A stretch of DNA of 24,512 nt from Candidatus Thorarchaeota archaeon (GTDB lineage Archaea; Asgardarchaeota; Thorarchaeia; Thorarchaeales; Thorarchaeaceae): assembly GCA_016839445.1 (NCBI GenBank), contig JAEOUG010000006.1:1-24512 (forward strand). Reading direction: 5' to 3'. Below, one piece after another: positions 1 to 8,819 of the stretch. The notes beneath the pieces are model-generated. The model was given only the letters and a program-made list of their open reading frames with translations, did no database searches and was not told the DNA's origin. A program made the position numbers and the translations under genes. Positions within the stretch are counted from its first letter, which is position 1. Each line of letters starts with the position of its first letter.

Positions 1-23
1 AGGCTTTGCGACTGATTGATGAA

Positions 24-33
24 TTTAAGATTC
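24..33 (+). promoter_or_regulatory. Archaeal TATA-box candidate (TTTAAGATTC)
   Basis: TTTAAG at 24-29, 21 nt before ATG 51 (near-leaderless geometry). The identical 10-mer recurs at 10741-10750 upstream of the 10789 ORF. Confidence 0.55.
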
Positions 34-50
34 TGAGGACGGACGGCGAA

Positions 51-545
51 ATGATGAAGAAACTGCTGCTTGTCGATATGGACAAGTGCACAGGCTGCAA
101 GCAGTGTTCCTTGGCGTGTTCTCTCACGAAGGAGGACCTATTCGACCCTGCGCGCGGTCGAATCAAAGTGATGAAGTTCGAGGACATCGCATTGGGAATT
201 CAGCTGCTTTGTGAGCAATGTGATGCGCATCCCTGCATAGACTCGTGCGCGGAGGGCGCCCTCTCACGAAACGAGACGACGGGAGTAATCACAGTAGATG
301 AGGAGGTCTGTACACAGTGCGGATCATGCGTTGAAGCGTGTCCCTACCATGGAATACGACTTCATCCAGTGACAGGTGTTCCGATGATATGCGACCTCTG
401 TGGAGGAGACCCATATTGTGCAAAACACTGTGTTCCAGGCGCAATCCAGTGGCTTGACGCCTCTGAGGAGTTAGAGAAAGAGAAGAAGAAACTGCGTTCT
501 GCGCGAATGGCCAAGTATCGAGAAATGAAGAAGGAGGGCCGATAG
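51..545 (+). CDS. 4Fe-4S dicluster protein (DmsB/CooF-like), probable electron-transfer subunit of the downstream AOR
   Basis: CTGCKQCSLAC, CEQCDAHPCIDSC, CTQCGSCVEACP and CDLCGGDPYCAKHC give four cluster motifs. Start moved from TTG 6 to ATG 51 (or 54) because of the TATA box at 24. Stop abuts the AOR ATG (TAGATG). Confidence 0.9.
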   Translation: MMKKLLLVDMDKCTGCKQCSLACSLTKEDLFDPARGRIKVMKFEDIALGIQLLCEQCDAHPCIDSCAEGALSRNETTGVITVDEEVCTQCGSCVEACPYHGIRLHPVTGVPMICDLCGGDPYCAKHCVPGAIQWLDASEELEKEKKKLRSARMAKYREMKKEGR

Positions 546-2468
546 ATGTACGGACACCAAGGTAAGATACTACACGTTGACCTGAGCAGTGGCAAGATCT
601 GGAAGGAGGACATTCCTGAGGATTGGAGGAAGCTCTATGTCGGATCGAGAGGGATCAATGCGAGACTGCTCTGGGACTACTGCAAGGACCCAGACATCAC
701 ATGGGATGACCCAAGGAATATCATTATCTATGCCCCAGGCGCCGTGACCGGTACAACTGCTCCTTGCTCTGGGAGAACATCTGTCACAACCGTGGGCTGC
801 ACAACAGGCCTATACTTGAAGAGCAATACAGGAGGGCACTGGGGAGCGGAGTTGAAGTTCGCAGGCTATGACCATCTGGTTGTCCATGGCGAATCGAAAA
901 AGCCTGTCTACATCAACATCGTTGATGATAAGGTTGAGATTCTCGACGGAAAGGATCTCTGGGGCAAAGACATCATAGAGACAGATGCATGGCTCAAGAA
1001 GAGACATGGAGAAGATTCCAAGGGTCTCTACATAGGGCCAGCTGGCGAGAATCTTGTACGAGCCGCGTCCATCCAGTGTTCTCTCTACCATGCAGCCGGG
1101 AGAGGCGGTGGCGCTGCAGTGATGGGCAAGAAGAAGCTGAAGGCAATTCAGGTGAAGGGAACGAAGCCCGTCAAAGTGAAAGAACCGAAGAAGTTCGCGC
1201 AAGTCGCTGAAGAGATGCGAGAGAACCTCCGGAAGGACAGTGGTGCCATTGGACTTCACGAACACGGGACCGCAGGTTCCCTGGCGGGAGTGAACGAACT
1301 ACATGCATTCCCCGGAAAGAACTGGCAGACCGGCTACACTCCGAATGTATATCCCATTACTGGCCAAGCCCTCACTGAAAAGGGCTACCTCAAGAGGAGA
1401 GTGGCCTGCTTCGGTTGCACCATCGGATGCCATCGATATTCCACCATCGATGAGGGTGAGAACGCAGGTATTGCCAGCGGAGGCCCCGAGTACGAAACCT
1501 TTGGCGCGCTTGGGAACGGCCCCGGAATCATAGATACGGAGGGAGTCCTTATCCTGAACGAACTCTGCAACAGAGTTGGCCTTGACACTATCACTGCAGG
1601 GACTGTCACCCAGTGGGCCATCGAGAGCTACCTCAGAGGCGTTCTCACGAAAGAGGACACCAACGGGATGGATCTCGACTGGGGCAAGCTAGAAGAAACA
1701 AGGAGGACTGTTGAAGCAATAGCCAAGAGAGAGGGCAAGCTCGGGCAACTCCTCGGAGATGGTCTCAAGATTGCCACCAAGAAGGTCGGGCAAGACTCCT
1801 ACAAATGGGCCATCATCAACGCCAAGGGTCTTGAGCAGTCAAACGTGGAAACCCGCTCTGCAAAGGCCTACGCTCTAGCCTTTGCTGTGAACCCCCGAGG
1901 CAATGACCACCTCATGACAGAGACTTTCGCCGAATTCGGTGCAAGCCCTGAGTCTGTTGAACTCATCGAGAAGATCACAGGCGATGGCAAGTGGGCGTCT
2001 CCGCATTTCACGGAATATCGAGCCGAGATAGTGAGATGGCATGAGGACTGCTACGAGATAACAGAGGCCCTTGGCTTCTGTGTGTTCACCTCAACTGCTG
2101 CATTCGGCATCAATCCAGACAACATGGCGAGGATATACGAGGCAGCCACAGGAATCCCAATGACTGAGGAACGAATCATGGAAACAGGGCGCAGAGTAGT
2201 GACACTTGAGAAGGCGTTCAACGTTACTCGTGGAGCCACTCGAGAACATGACAATCTGCCCTGGAGACTGATGAATGAGGGTGCCGCCTCAGGTCCGTTG
2301 AAGGGAGAGATGAACGACCAGGAGGAGATGGACCAGATGCTCGACAGATACTACACTCTGCACGAGTGGGACCTGAAGACAAGCTGGCCAACAAGGAAAA
2401 CGCTGGAGATGCTCGGTCTAAAGGACGTCGCAGACTACCTTGGCAAGATCGGCAAGCTACCAAAATAG
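546..2468 (+). CDS. aor: Aldehyde:ferredoxin oxidoreductase family (tungstopterin, AOR/WOR), 640 aa
   Basis: Family motifs GKILHVDLSSG, GAELKFAGYD, GRGGGAAVMGKKKLKAI, CFGCTIGC (Fe-S), PEYET, CNRVGLDTI, NPRGNDH, LGFCVF. SD-like AGGAGGG at 532-538. Confidence 0.93.
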   Translation: MYGHQGKILHVDLSSGKIWKEDIPEDWRKLYVGSRGINARLLWDYCKDPDITWDDPRNIIIYAPGAVTGTTAPCSGRTSVTTVGCTTGLYLKSNTGGHWGAELKFAGYDHLVVHGESKKPVYINIVDDKVEILDGKDLWGKDIIETDAWLKKRHGEDSKGLYIGPAGENLVRAASIQCSLYHAAGRGGGAAVMGKKKLKAIQVKGTKPVKVKEPKKFAQVAEEMRENLRKDSGAIGLHEHGTAGSLAGVNELHAFPGKNWQTGYTPNVYPITGQALTEKGYLKRRVACFGCTIGCHRYSTIDEGENAGIASGGPEYETFGALGNGPGIIDTEGVLILNELCNRVGLDTITAGTVTQWAIESYLRGVLTKEDTNGMDLDWGKLEETRRTVEAIAKREGKLGQLLGDGLKIATKKVGQDSYKWAIINAKGLEQSNVETRSAKAYALAFAVNPRGNDHLMTETFAEFGASPESVELIEKITGDGKWASPHFTEYRAEIVRWHEDCYEITEALGFCVFTSTAAFGINPDNMARIYEAATGIPMTEERIMETGRRVVTLEKAFNVTRGATREHDNLPWRLMNEGAASGPLKGEMNDQEEMDQMLDRYYTLHEWDLKTSWPTRKTLEMLGLKDVADYLGKIGKLPK

Positions 2469-2497
2469 AGGGGCAAGACGCCCCTCAATGTTTTTCT
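2468..2497 (+). terminator. Stem-loop plus T-tract after aor
   Basis: GAGGGGC-AAGAC-GCCCCTC (2468-2486) followed by AATGTTTTTCT. Confidence 0.5.
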
Positions 2498-2507
2498 CGG
2501 AGATGAC

Positions 2508-3521
2508 ATGACTGTGAAAGGATTCAAAGAAGTCGGATTGGCAATGACTGGAGTGTTTCCAGTACGAGAAGCTGTAGAAATGGCTGTGGCCACGGAGAAG
2601 CTTGGCCTAGGCTCAGTGTGGTTTGCTGAGGATTACTTCTTCAGGGGTGGCATCCCTTACATGGCTGCCGCCTCCATGGCAACAGAAAGGGTCAGAATAG
2701 GCCTCGGAGTGGTCAACCCGTATTCAAGACACCCTGCACTGACCGCGATGGAATTTGCCACTATTGACGAGATGTCCAACGAGCGAGCTGTGTTCGGTCT
2801 TGGCTCCGGAGTCCCTTTCTGGATGCAGCAGATGGGCTTCGCCGTCAAGAAGCCGCTCTCTCGCACAAGAGAGTGCGTCGAACTAATCAGGAAGATTATG
2901 ACTGGAGAGAATGTCAACTTCGAAGGGGACTTCTTCTCCGCGAAGGATGTGAAGCTGATCTTCAAGCCAGTCAGAGCAGATGCTCCAATCTACTTGGCCT
3001 TCGAAGGTAAGATGGGATTGAAGCTGACGGGAGAGATTGGGGACGGGGCAATCCTCTCAATATTCAACACTCCTAGCTACGTGAAGTGGGCGTGGGAGAG
3101 AGTCGAGCTTGGAGCACAGAAGGCAGGGAAATCGACAGACGGCTTCGAGATGGTCTCATATCTCCCCATGGTCATCGACGAAGATACCGACAAGGCGATA
3201 GCACTTGCGCGGAGCCTCATGAAGCTCTACCTCCCCCATTCACAGGCGGGTGGCCCTCTAATGGAACATGCAGGAATCAAGGAAGAAGAGACCCTTGCAT
3301 TCAGAGAAGCGGATGCTGCGGGGAGGGACGTTGGAGAGCTCGTGACTGACAAGATGGTCGTCACTCTGGGCGTCGTTGGCGACGTAGAGTCATGTACAAA
3401 GCAGCTTCAAGAGATAATCGATGCGGGAGCTAACACCGTAGTAGCCTTTCCAGTTCCGGGAACAGACCCCGTGAACACGGCTGAGGTTCTAGCCAAGGAT
3501 ATAGCACCGCACCTTAAGTAG
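2508..3521 (+). CDS. Luciferase-like (LLM) oxidoreductase, Mer-like, probably F420-dependent, 337 aa
   Basis: VWFAEDYFFR, ATERVRIGLGVVNPYSRHPALTAMEFATIDEMSNERAVFGLGSG and PIYLA..G..GLKLTGEIGDG match the Mer/LLM pattern. Confidence 0.85.
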   Translation: MTVKGFKEVGLAMTGVFPVREAVEMAVATEKLGLGSVWFAEDYFFRGGIPYMAAASMATERVRIGLGVVNPYSRHPALTAMEFATIDEMSNERAVFGLGSGVPFWMQQMGFAVKKPLSRTRECVELIRKIMTGENVNFEGDFFSAKDVKLIFKPVRADAPIYLAFEGKMGLKLTGEIGDGAILSIFNTPSYVKWAWERVELGAQKAGKSTDGFEMVSYLPMVIDEDTDKAIALARSLMKLYLPHSQAGGPLMEHAGIKEEETLAFREADAAGRDVGELVTDKMVVTLGVVGDVESCTKQLQEIIDAGANTVVAFPVPGTDPVNTAEVLAKDIAPHLK

Positions 3522-3615
3522 CCGTTTGACAAGAAGCACAGCACCTCCAAGCCAGCAGGAGACACTGATATTGACTCAGCCAATCGAGCCGTTCTGCCTA
3601 GGTGATGATGACTCT

Positions 3616-4824
3616 GTGGATTTGCCCGCTTCTTCGAGAAGAAGGAACCGACTGGTAGGTTACATATCCACATTCCTAGTAACGTTCACGCTCGGCACGA
3701 CGGAGATTTTTGCGCCTTGGTATACTGGAATCCTCGGTGGAAGCGGCTTCGAGATAGGATGGGCGATGGGCTCCTTTGGCATTGTCTACATGGTCTCTCC
3801 CGCATTGGGGGGCCGCTTCTCGGACAGGGTCGGAAGGAAGCGATCACTGACAATAGCCACTATCGCATACATTGGAGTCCTAGTCCTTTACCTGAATCCC
3901 TATCTCGTTTCGCCGCTGTACCTCATCACAATCCGAGCTCTGGAAGGACTGGTCTACGGCTTCATTGCGCCTTCCATCCAGGGAATGCTTGCGGAACTGA
4001 CTCCGGAAGCCGAATGTGAGGTCCTAGGCAATTTCTCCACATCTTGGAGTGCGGGAATGATATTCAGTCCATTTGTCATCGCCTATGTCGAGGGACTCTA
4101 CCAGCCAATCTCAACCATCTATGTAGTGCTCGCTATCGAGCTAGTCTCACTGGGGCTGATTGCAGGTCTGCTGCAGGGATATCGCAGGAAGAAGGTGACT
4201 GTTGATGATGCCACCAACAACGACTCCACCAAAGAGACATCGCTGAAGAGTGCTTCTAAAACGAGCCCCAGGTTCATTGCATCATATCTCTCGATCATGC
4301 TATGGGGCGTTGTCTCTACGGTAGTCCTCGCCCTCTTTCCGTCCTACGTCGAAACACTCCCTGGACTCACATCAGACCACTGGGGTATCATGTTGCTTGT
4401 ATGGAATGGTGTTCGAACTGTGGCGTTCATTGTCACTGCGCGCCTTCCTGAGCAATCTATGAGCTCTGTAATCACGTACGGGGCGATTCTCTCAGCCGTT
4501 TCGTCTGCAATGCTCTTCGCATTCACAGACTTCTGGATGCTGGCCATGGCAATGGTTGTTTCAGGTGTGGCCGTAGGATTCAGCTATCTCGGAGCGCTCT
4601 ATCTGATTGTCTCCGCCACCGACATTGAGAAGGGTGCATACGCGGGTCTTGTTGAGAGCATGGGGGGAGTCGGGCTCTTTCTTGGTCCGATCCTAGGTGG
4701 CTGGCTAGCCGACTTCCAGCTCACCCTGCCGTATCTGATGTGCACAATCCTGTCAGTGGTGGTCATCATTGGAATCATCCCCCTGCTGCGGAGAGAAAAG
4801 CTCAAGGCGCAAATCATTCCTTAA
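3616..4824 (+). CDS. MFS transporter (about 12 TM)
   Basis: Motif A GRFSDRVGRKR, IRALEG, two hydrophobic halves joined by a polar loop. GTG 3616 preferred over TTG 3526 because AGGTGA (3600-3605) lies 10 nt upstream. Confidence 0.88.
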   Translation: MDLPASSRRRNRLVGYISTFLVTFTLGTTEIFAPWYTGILGGSGFEIGWAMGSFGIVYMVSPALGGRFSDRVGRKRSLTIATIAYIGVLVLYLNPYLVSPLYLITIRALEGLVYGFIAPSIQGMLAELTPEAECEVLGNFSTSWSAGMIFSPFVIAYVEGLYQPISTIYVVLAIELVSLGLIAGLLQGYRRKKVTVDDATNNDSTKETSLKSASKTSPRFIASYLSIMLWGVVSTVVLALFPSYVETLPGLTSDHWGIMLLVWNGVRTVAFIVTARLPEQSMSSVITYGAILSAVSSAMLFAFTDFWMLAMAMVVSGVAVGFSYLGALYLIVSATDIEKGAYAGLVESMGGVGLFLGPILGGWLADFQLTLPYLMCTILSVVVIIGIIPLLRREKLKAQIIP

Positions 4825-5578
4825 GGACATCATCGAAGGAACCCTTGAGTGAGGGGGCTTCATTGATCTTCTTCCGCGGCGGGTCAGGGTAGGCTACCTT
4901 ACTGTGCGTGAGACCTGTTTCAGCTAGCATGAATGCGGTCTTGACAGCTACGACCCAAGGGTCAATTATCGGCACCCCTAGCTCGTTCATTACCGGCTCT
5001 AGGTCAACTTCGTGGGAGAGGGCCGTACATCCGAGTACAATCACGTCGGCACCATGATTCTGAATTAGCTCCTTACTCTCTAGGAGTATCTCTTTCTGCG
5101 CATCCTTTGGTCGCTTTGATATGTCGAGGACTGGCATCTTCAGATACCGGACACCTGCGCAGAAAGGCTCGAGACCCTCCTTTCTGATTCCATGCTCAAT
5201 GCAACGTTTCAGGGACTGACCTTGAACCGTCACGACTCCGAATCTCGTTCCCAAAGTCAGAGCGAGATGCAGTGCTGTGTTCCGCGGACCCACGACGGGA
5301 ATCTTCGAGACCTCCCTAGCCGCCTCGAGGATGGGGTCGCATGCACAATCAATCACGATTACATCGTACTGCTCACGATTAGCTCGGACAACTTGCTCGA
5401 GAATGAATGGCGCATTGTAGGCCTCATCTGTCAAAGACTCAACGCTGTGAGTGCCATGGCGGGGGGTCAGATTCCCTACTTCCGAGCCGCCTGGCACGTG
5501 CTTCAACACGAAGGTCATCTTCTTCGGGTCTTCCCACCAGTCTATGCCAGTGGCTCCAATTAGCGCGAGTCGTACCAT
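4814..5578 (-). CDS. Asp/Glu/hydantoin racemase family (hydantoin/allantoin racemase-like), 254 aa
   Basis: Two-cysteine motifs IVIDCACDP and VIVLGCT, plus AAREVSKIPVVG, LGVPIIDP and C-terminal GLTHSKVAYP. SD AAGGAG upstream on the minus strand. Confidence 0.88.
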   Translation of the reverse strand: MVRLALIGATGIDWWEDPKKMTFVLKHVPGGSEVGNLTPRHGTHSVESLTDEAYNAPFILEQVVRANREQYDVIVIDCACDPILEAAREVSKIPVVGPRNTALHLALTLGTRFGVVTVQGQSLKRCIEHGIRKEGLEPFCAGVRYLKMPVLDISKRPKDAQKEILLESKELIQNHGADVIVLGCTALSHEVDLEPVMNELGVPIIDPWVVAVKTAFMLAETGLTHSKVAYPDPPRKKINEAPSLKGSFDDVLKE

Positions 5579-5627
5579 GCTAAATCAACTCCTTACCGCA
5601 TTAGGGGCACGGGGCAGTATACACTGC

Positions 5628-6749
5628 TCACTTGTGAAGCCGCCCAATAATATCTTCCATGGGCAGATAGACAAGCTCAGGATGGCCGTAGCGCGCAGGA
5701 GAGAATGCCTTCTTGCCAATCTCCGTACTTCCTGCGTGCCGCAATCGTTCGTGGGCAGAGACTGCCGTCACTGCCACCTCCATGCCCTTCTTCAGATGAG
5801 AACTCATTATTCCATGTCCGGTCTTCGGGTCATGAAGACAGATGAGATCTGGAAACATCACCACAGGCTCACCACCCGCCATCGCCATCATGTATTCGTT
5901 CTTCACGACGATCTGGAGCTTCCTCGAAATCTCCTTCGAAGAGATTGTGACAAGAACATGCCAGTGGCCGGCCCGATCCTCTCCTTTGACCTCGGTTATC
6001 TTTCCAGTGGCCAATCTCTGTCCACCTGTGATGTCAAGGAATGCATCGATAGGATTACGGCCATTCTCATTCGCGTCCCGTACTGCCTCTCCAAGCTCAA
6101 CCGATTTGGAGATGCTGTCGGGAATGACCGCCTCCTTCAGCTGCGCGCCAGTTTGGTAGTAGTGGTTGTTCGCACCGGCCCCACCATCCTGAACGACAGC
6201 AAACCGCCCAATCTCGTCGGCCAGAGCCGGTGATGTTGTCTTCTCGACGATTATGACACTGCCATTCCTTGTGACAACGGGCATTGGGCACAACTCAATC
6301 CCATAGCCAACGAAGGTTATCATTTGGGTTTCAGGGGCCGAACGACCTAAGCCGTCTCCATCCACTGTAGTGATACCAGCCCGCGAGGCAAGTGAGAGCA
6401 TGACCGTTGTGTTTGTCCCACCAAGTTCGAATGGGACAAGGTGATCAACCTTCTTGCCCGTGATCTTCTCTGACATCTTCATCGCTTCGTGGAGCTCGTA
6501 CTTGGTCTCCCAGGCTTCCAGCATGTCTCCAATAGAGGTGAACGCGCTGACAGAGCCCATGTATCCGCCGCACACAATGAAGGCATCATCTCGAATCTCA
6601 GAAGGAGGCGTGATCTCATAGACCCGCCCTTTTCCATAGTCCCAGTCGACCATTGGTTTTCCGAAGCCAACGGGGTCACCGCCCCCACCTGTGCCCAGTA
6701 TTCCCACTCCGGTCAGCATGTCATATGCATTCTGTTTCGACAGCTTCAT
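5628..6749 (-). CDS. DUF917 family protein, copy A (S-methyl-thiohydantoin desulfurase-like fold)
   Basis: LGTGGGGDP, PFELGGTNT, DGDGLGRSAPE, KNEY, FPDLI. ATG 6749 has GAGGT 6 nt upstream (alternative TTG 6755). Confidence 0.88.
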   Translation of the reverse strand: MKLSKQNAYDMLTGVGILGTGGGGDPVGFGKPMVDWDYGKGRVYEITPPSEIRDDAFIVCGGYMGSVSAFTSIGDMLEAWETKYELHEAMKMSEKITGKKVDHLVPFELGGTNTTVMLSLASRAGITTVDGDGLGRSAPETQMITFVGYGIELCPMPVVTRNGSVIIVEKTTSPALADEIGRFAVVQDGGAGANNHYYQTGAQLKEAVIPDSISKSVELGEAVRDANENGRNPIDAFLDITGGQRLATGKITEVKGEDRAGHWHVLVTISSKEISRKLQIVVKNEYMMAMAGGEPVVMFPDLICLHDPKTGHGIMSSHLKKGMEVAVTAVSAHERLRHAGSTEIGKKAFSPARYGHPELVYLPMEDIIGRLHK

Positions 6750-6768
6750 TGCCAAACCTCAGTTGATT

Positions 6769-7569
6769 CTAATCAGCCTGTCTTATCCCATCCATCGAGT
6801 GAACAATCTTGTACCATCGCTTCTTGGGGCCCACCTTGGCCCGGCTCTTCCATCCCCTGGTCTTCGGTTCATCCTCGATCATGCGATGTAGCTTCTTCAC
6901 TCTCTCCAACACCAAGTCCTTCTGCTCCTGTGTGATTTCGCGAACGGAGGGAACGAACTCGATGAACTTCTTGATGTTAGTTGTCACAGTGTAATAGAAG
7001 CCCCAGTCGTCAGCCAGAATCTTCGCGATGTGGTAACCGTTGACCTTTGAATCGTCATCGGTTTCGCTGACCTCGTGGGCAAGGAACGTAATGATAAGGT
7101 CCTTCAGGTCCTTAGCGTTAATTTCAACAATCTGAGTTTTCTCGAGGAAGAGCTCGGCTAGCGGAATCGTAGGCGAATCGACTTCGAGGCGCTTATCCTT
7201 CTTGAAGTCTATATTGTGACAGAAGTCGAGATGGTCGTAGAAGACGTCAACCTTTCTGTCGCGCTCCTTGTCAATGAAGAGATCCCGAAGGGTGCTGGCT
7301 CTAGCGAAGCTTGGCGGAACCCAATGATATCCGAGTTCATCCCTGAAGAGATTGATGATCTTCTGCTGATGCTTGTAGTATGAGATGTAGTCTATATCAG
7401 TGACTTCTCGACCCATCTTCTTGTGCAAGTCAGTGTACTCGGGGCTCTTGAGTCTGAAAGCCAGGCAGCCGATGAGCCTCAAGGGGACTCCCGTTTCTGC
7501 TGCAGCCTTCTCGATTCTGAGAGCCTCTTCCATGAAATCGTCAAGTATCGGACCGTATTTTCCAGGCAA
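6769..7569 (-). CDS. Uncharacterised protein with Pol-beta-type nucleotidyltransferase signature, 266 aa
   Basis: LRLIGCLAF...REVTDIDY...KVDVF fits hG[G/S]..DxD..D. The C-terminal helical part LFLEK...KDLKD resembles DUF1814/AbiEii-like NTases. TTG start with GGAG upstream. Confidence 0.7.
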   Translation of the reverse strand: MPGKYGPILDDFMEEALRIEKAAAETGVPLRLIGCLAFRLKSPEYTDLHKKMGREVTDIDYISYYKHQQKIINLFRDELGYHWVPPSFARASTLRDLFIDKERDRKVDVFYDHLDFCHNIDFKKDKRLEVDSPTIPLAELFLEKTQIVEINAKDLKDLIITFLAHEVSETDDDSKVNGYHIAKILADDWGFYYTVTTNIKKFIEFVPSVREITQEQKDLVLERVKKLHRMIEDEPKTRGWKSRAKVGPKKRWYKIVHSMDGIRQAD

Positions 7570-7753
7570 TCGTCTCTCTCCAGAACTTTTGAATGGTGTC
7601 GTGACCTTGATTGCACTACTTTAATTCTTTGCGCAACAGCACAGAACGCGGGCAGGATTTCTTAAAGTCAATTGCCCCCTACCATTAAACCTTTAAACTG
7701 GCTAGCAAATTCGCGTCTAGTTCTGATGAACGATACAACCTAGAGGTATTAGA

Positions 7754-8695
7754 ATGAGAATCTTCCTTGCTGCTGACCCTCATGGGAGCAACGAAACGTG
7801 GAGCAAGATGTGTCGTGCGCCAGGTGTATTCAAGGCCGATGTGGCAATGATGTGTGGCGACCTCACTGGAAAGGCCATAATGCCCATCATCCAAGAGAAA
7901 GAGGACAGGTGGTATGCCCAGCCCTATGGACAGAAGAAGGAGTTCAAGAAGCAGAAGGACTTGGACAAGTTCGTCAAGTTCGTAGAAACTGAAGGATACT
8001 ACCCGAAGGTCCTCACGCCAGAGGATTTGGCGAAACTCAGAGAAACGGAAGGTGCCATCACGAAGCTCTTCCAGGACCTAATGGTTGAGAGGATTCAGAT
8101 GTGGATGGATATGGCCAGAGAGAGGATACCCGAGGACGTACTTATCGTGGTCAACCCTGGTAATGATGATGATTACTCAATTGACGAAGTCATCAAGAAT
8201 GACCCCAGGATTGTGTATCCTCTTGGCAGAGTGGTTGATGTCAGAGGCTATCCCATGATAAGCTGTGAATGGGTCAACTCAACACCTTGGGACACTCACC
8301 GGGAGTGCCCAGAGGAGGAACTTATGGAAAAGCTAGAGGCGGAGTTTGCGCGTCTAGAGACTGATGACTACTCGAATGTCATCTGCAACTTCCACGACCC
8401 CCCATTCAATTCGGGTCTTGATACTGCGCCTACACTGACTCGGGATCATAAGATCAAGAAGGCAGGCGCCTACGAAGTCGTCGGCCCTGTAGGTAGCAAA
8501 TCGGTTCGAGCCATCATTGAGAAGTATCAGCCACTGCTTGGCCTGCATGGTCACATTCATGAGTCAGTAGGCTATCGCAACATTGGCAGAACACTGTGTG
8601 TCAATCCCGGCTCTGAATACCGAGAAGGGATTCTCAAAGGCTTCGTAATCAACGTCGATGACGGCAAGGTGAATGCGGGCCGCGTAGAGCTCTAG
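7754..8695 (+). CDS. Calcineurin-like (Icc-related) metallophosphoesterase, 313 aa
   Basis: All five motifs present: ADPHG, CGDLTG, PGNDD, FHDPP, GHIHE, then VNPGS. TTTAAA at 7692-7697 and GAGGT at 7743-7747 upstream. Confidence 0.9.
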   Translation: MRIFLAADPHGSNETWSKMCRAPGVFKADVAMMCGDLTGKAIMPIIQEKEDRWYAQPYGQKKEFKKQKDLDKFVKFVETEGYYPKVLTPEDLAKLRETEGAITKLFQDLMVERIQMWMDMARERIPEDVLIVVNPGNDDDYSIDEVIKNDPRIVYPLGRVVDVRGYPMISCEWVNSTPWDTHRECPEEELMEKLEAEFARLETDDYSNVICNFHDPPFNSGLDTAPTLTRDHKIKKAGAYEVVGPVGSKSVRAIIEKYQPLLGLHGHIHESVGYRNIGRTLCVNPGSEYREGILKGFVINVDDGKVNAGRVEL

Positions 8696-8707
8696 CATCA
8701 CGAGATA

Positions 8708-8757
8708 TCAGAGAGAGTGCGATGACACTCTCCTGAACTTCTTCTGCCCTTTCTCTG
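8708..8757 (+). terminator. Hairpin plus pyrimidine tract after the metallophosphoesterase
   Basis: TCAG-A-GAGAGTG-CGATGA-CACTCTC-CTGA (8708-8736), then ACTTCTTCTGCCCTTTCTCT. Confidence 0.45.
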
Positions 8758-8765
8758 TTAAGAGA

Positions 8766-8805
8766 TTTAAGTCAGTGTGCACACTCTTTCTTAAACTCAC
8801 TTAAA
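8766..8805 (+). promoter_or_regulatory. Promoter region with perfect 12-bp palindrome (candidate operator)
   Basis: AGTGTGCACACT at 8774-8785 between TTTAAG (8766-8771) and CTTAAA repeats (8790-8795, 8800-8805). ATG at 8820. Confidence 0.45.
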
Positions 8806-8819
8806 GGGCGGATGATTGA

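Noticed and set aside
2508-3521. Calling the LLM gene mer (methanogenesis / H4MPT pathway)
   Set aside because: Lacks the TDHY-type motif and has no C1-pathway neighbours. Only family-level assignment is supported.
5451-6233. 260-aa + strand ORF, and similar shadow ORFs (e.g. 9237-9890, 16939-17481, 21065-21598)
   Set aside because: Antisense to well-supported genes, no family motifs, atypical composition.
6769-7569. AbiEii toxin-antitoxin or CBASS-type defence system
   Set aside because: No AbiEi antitoxin, effector or other defence genes adjacent, and the gene is tightly coupled to metabolic genes.
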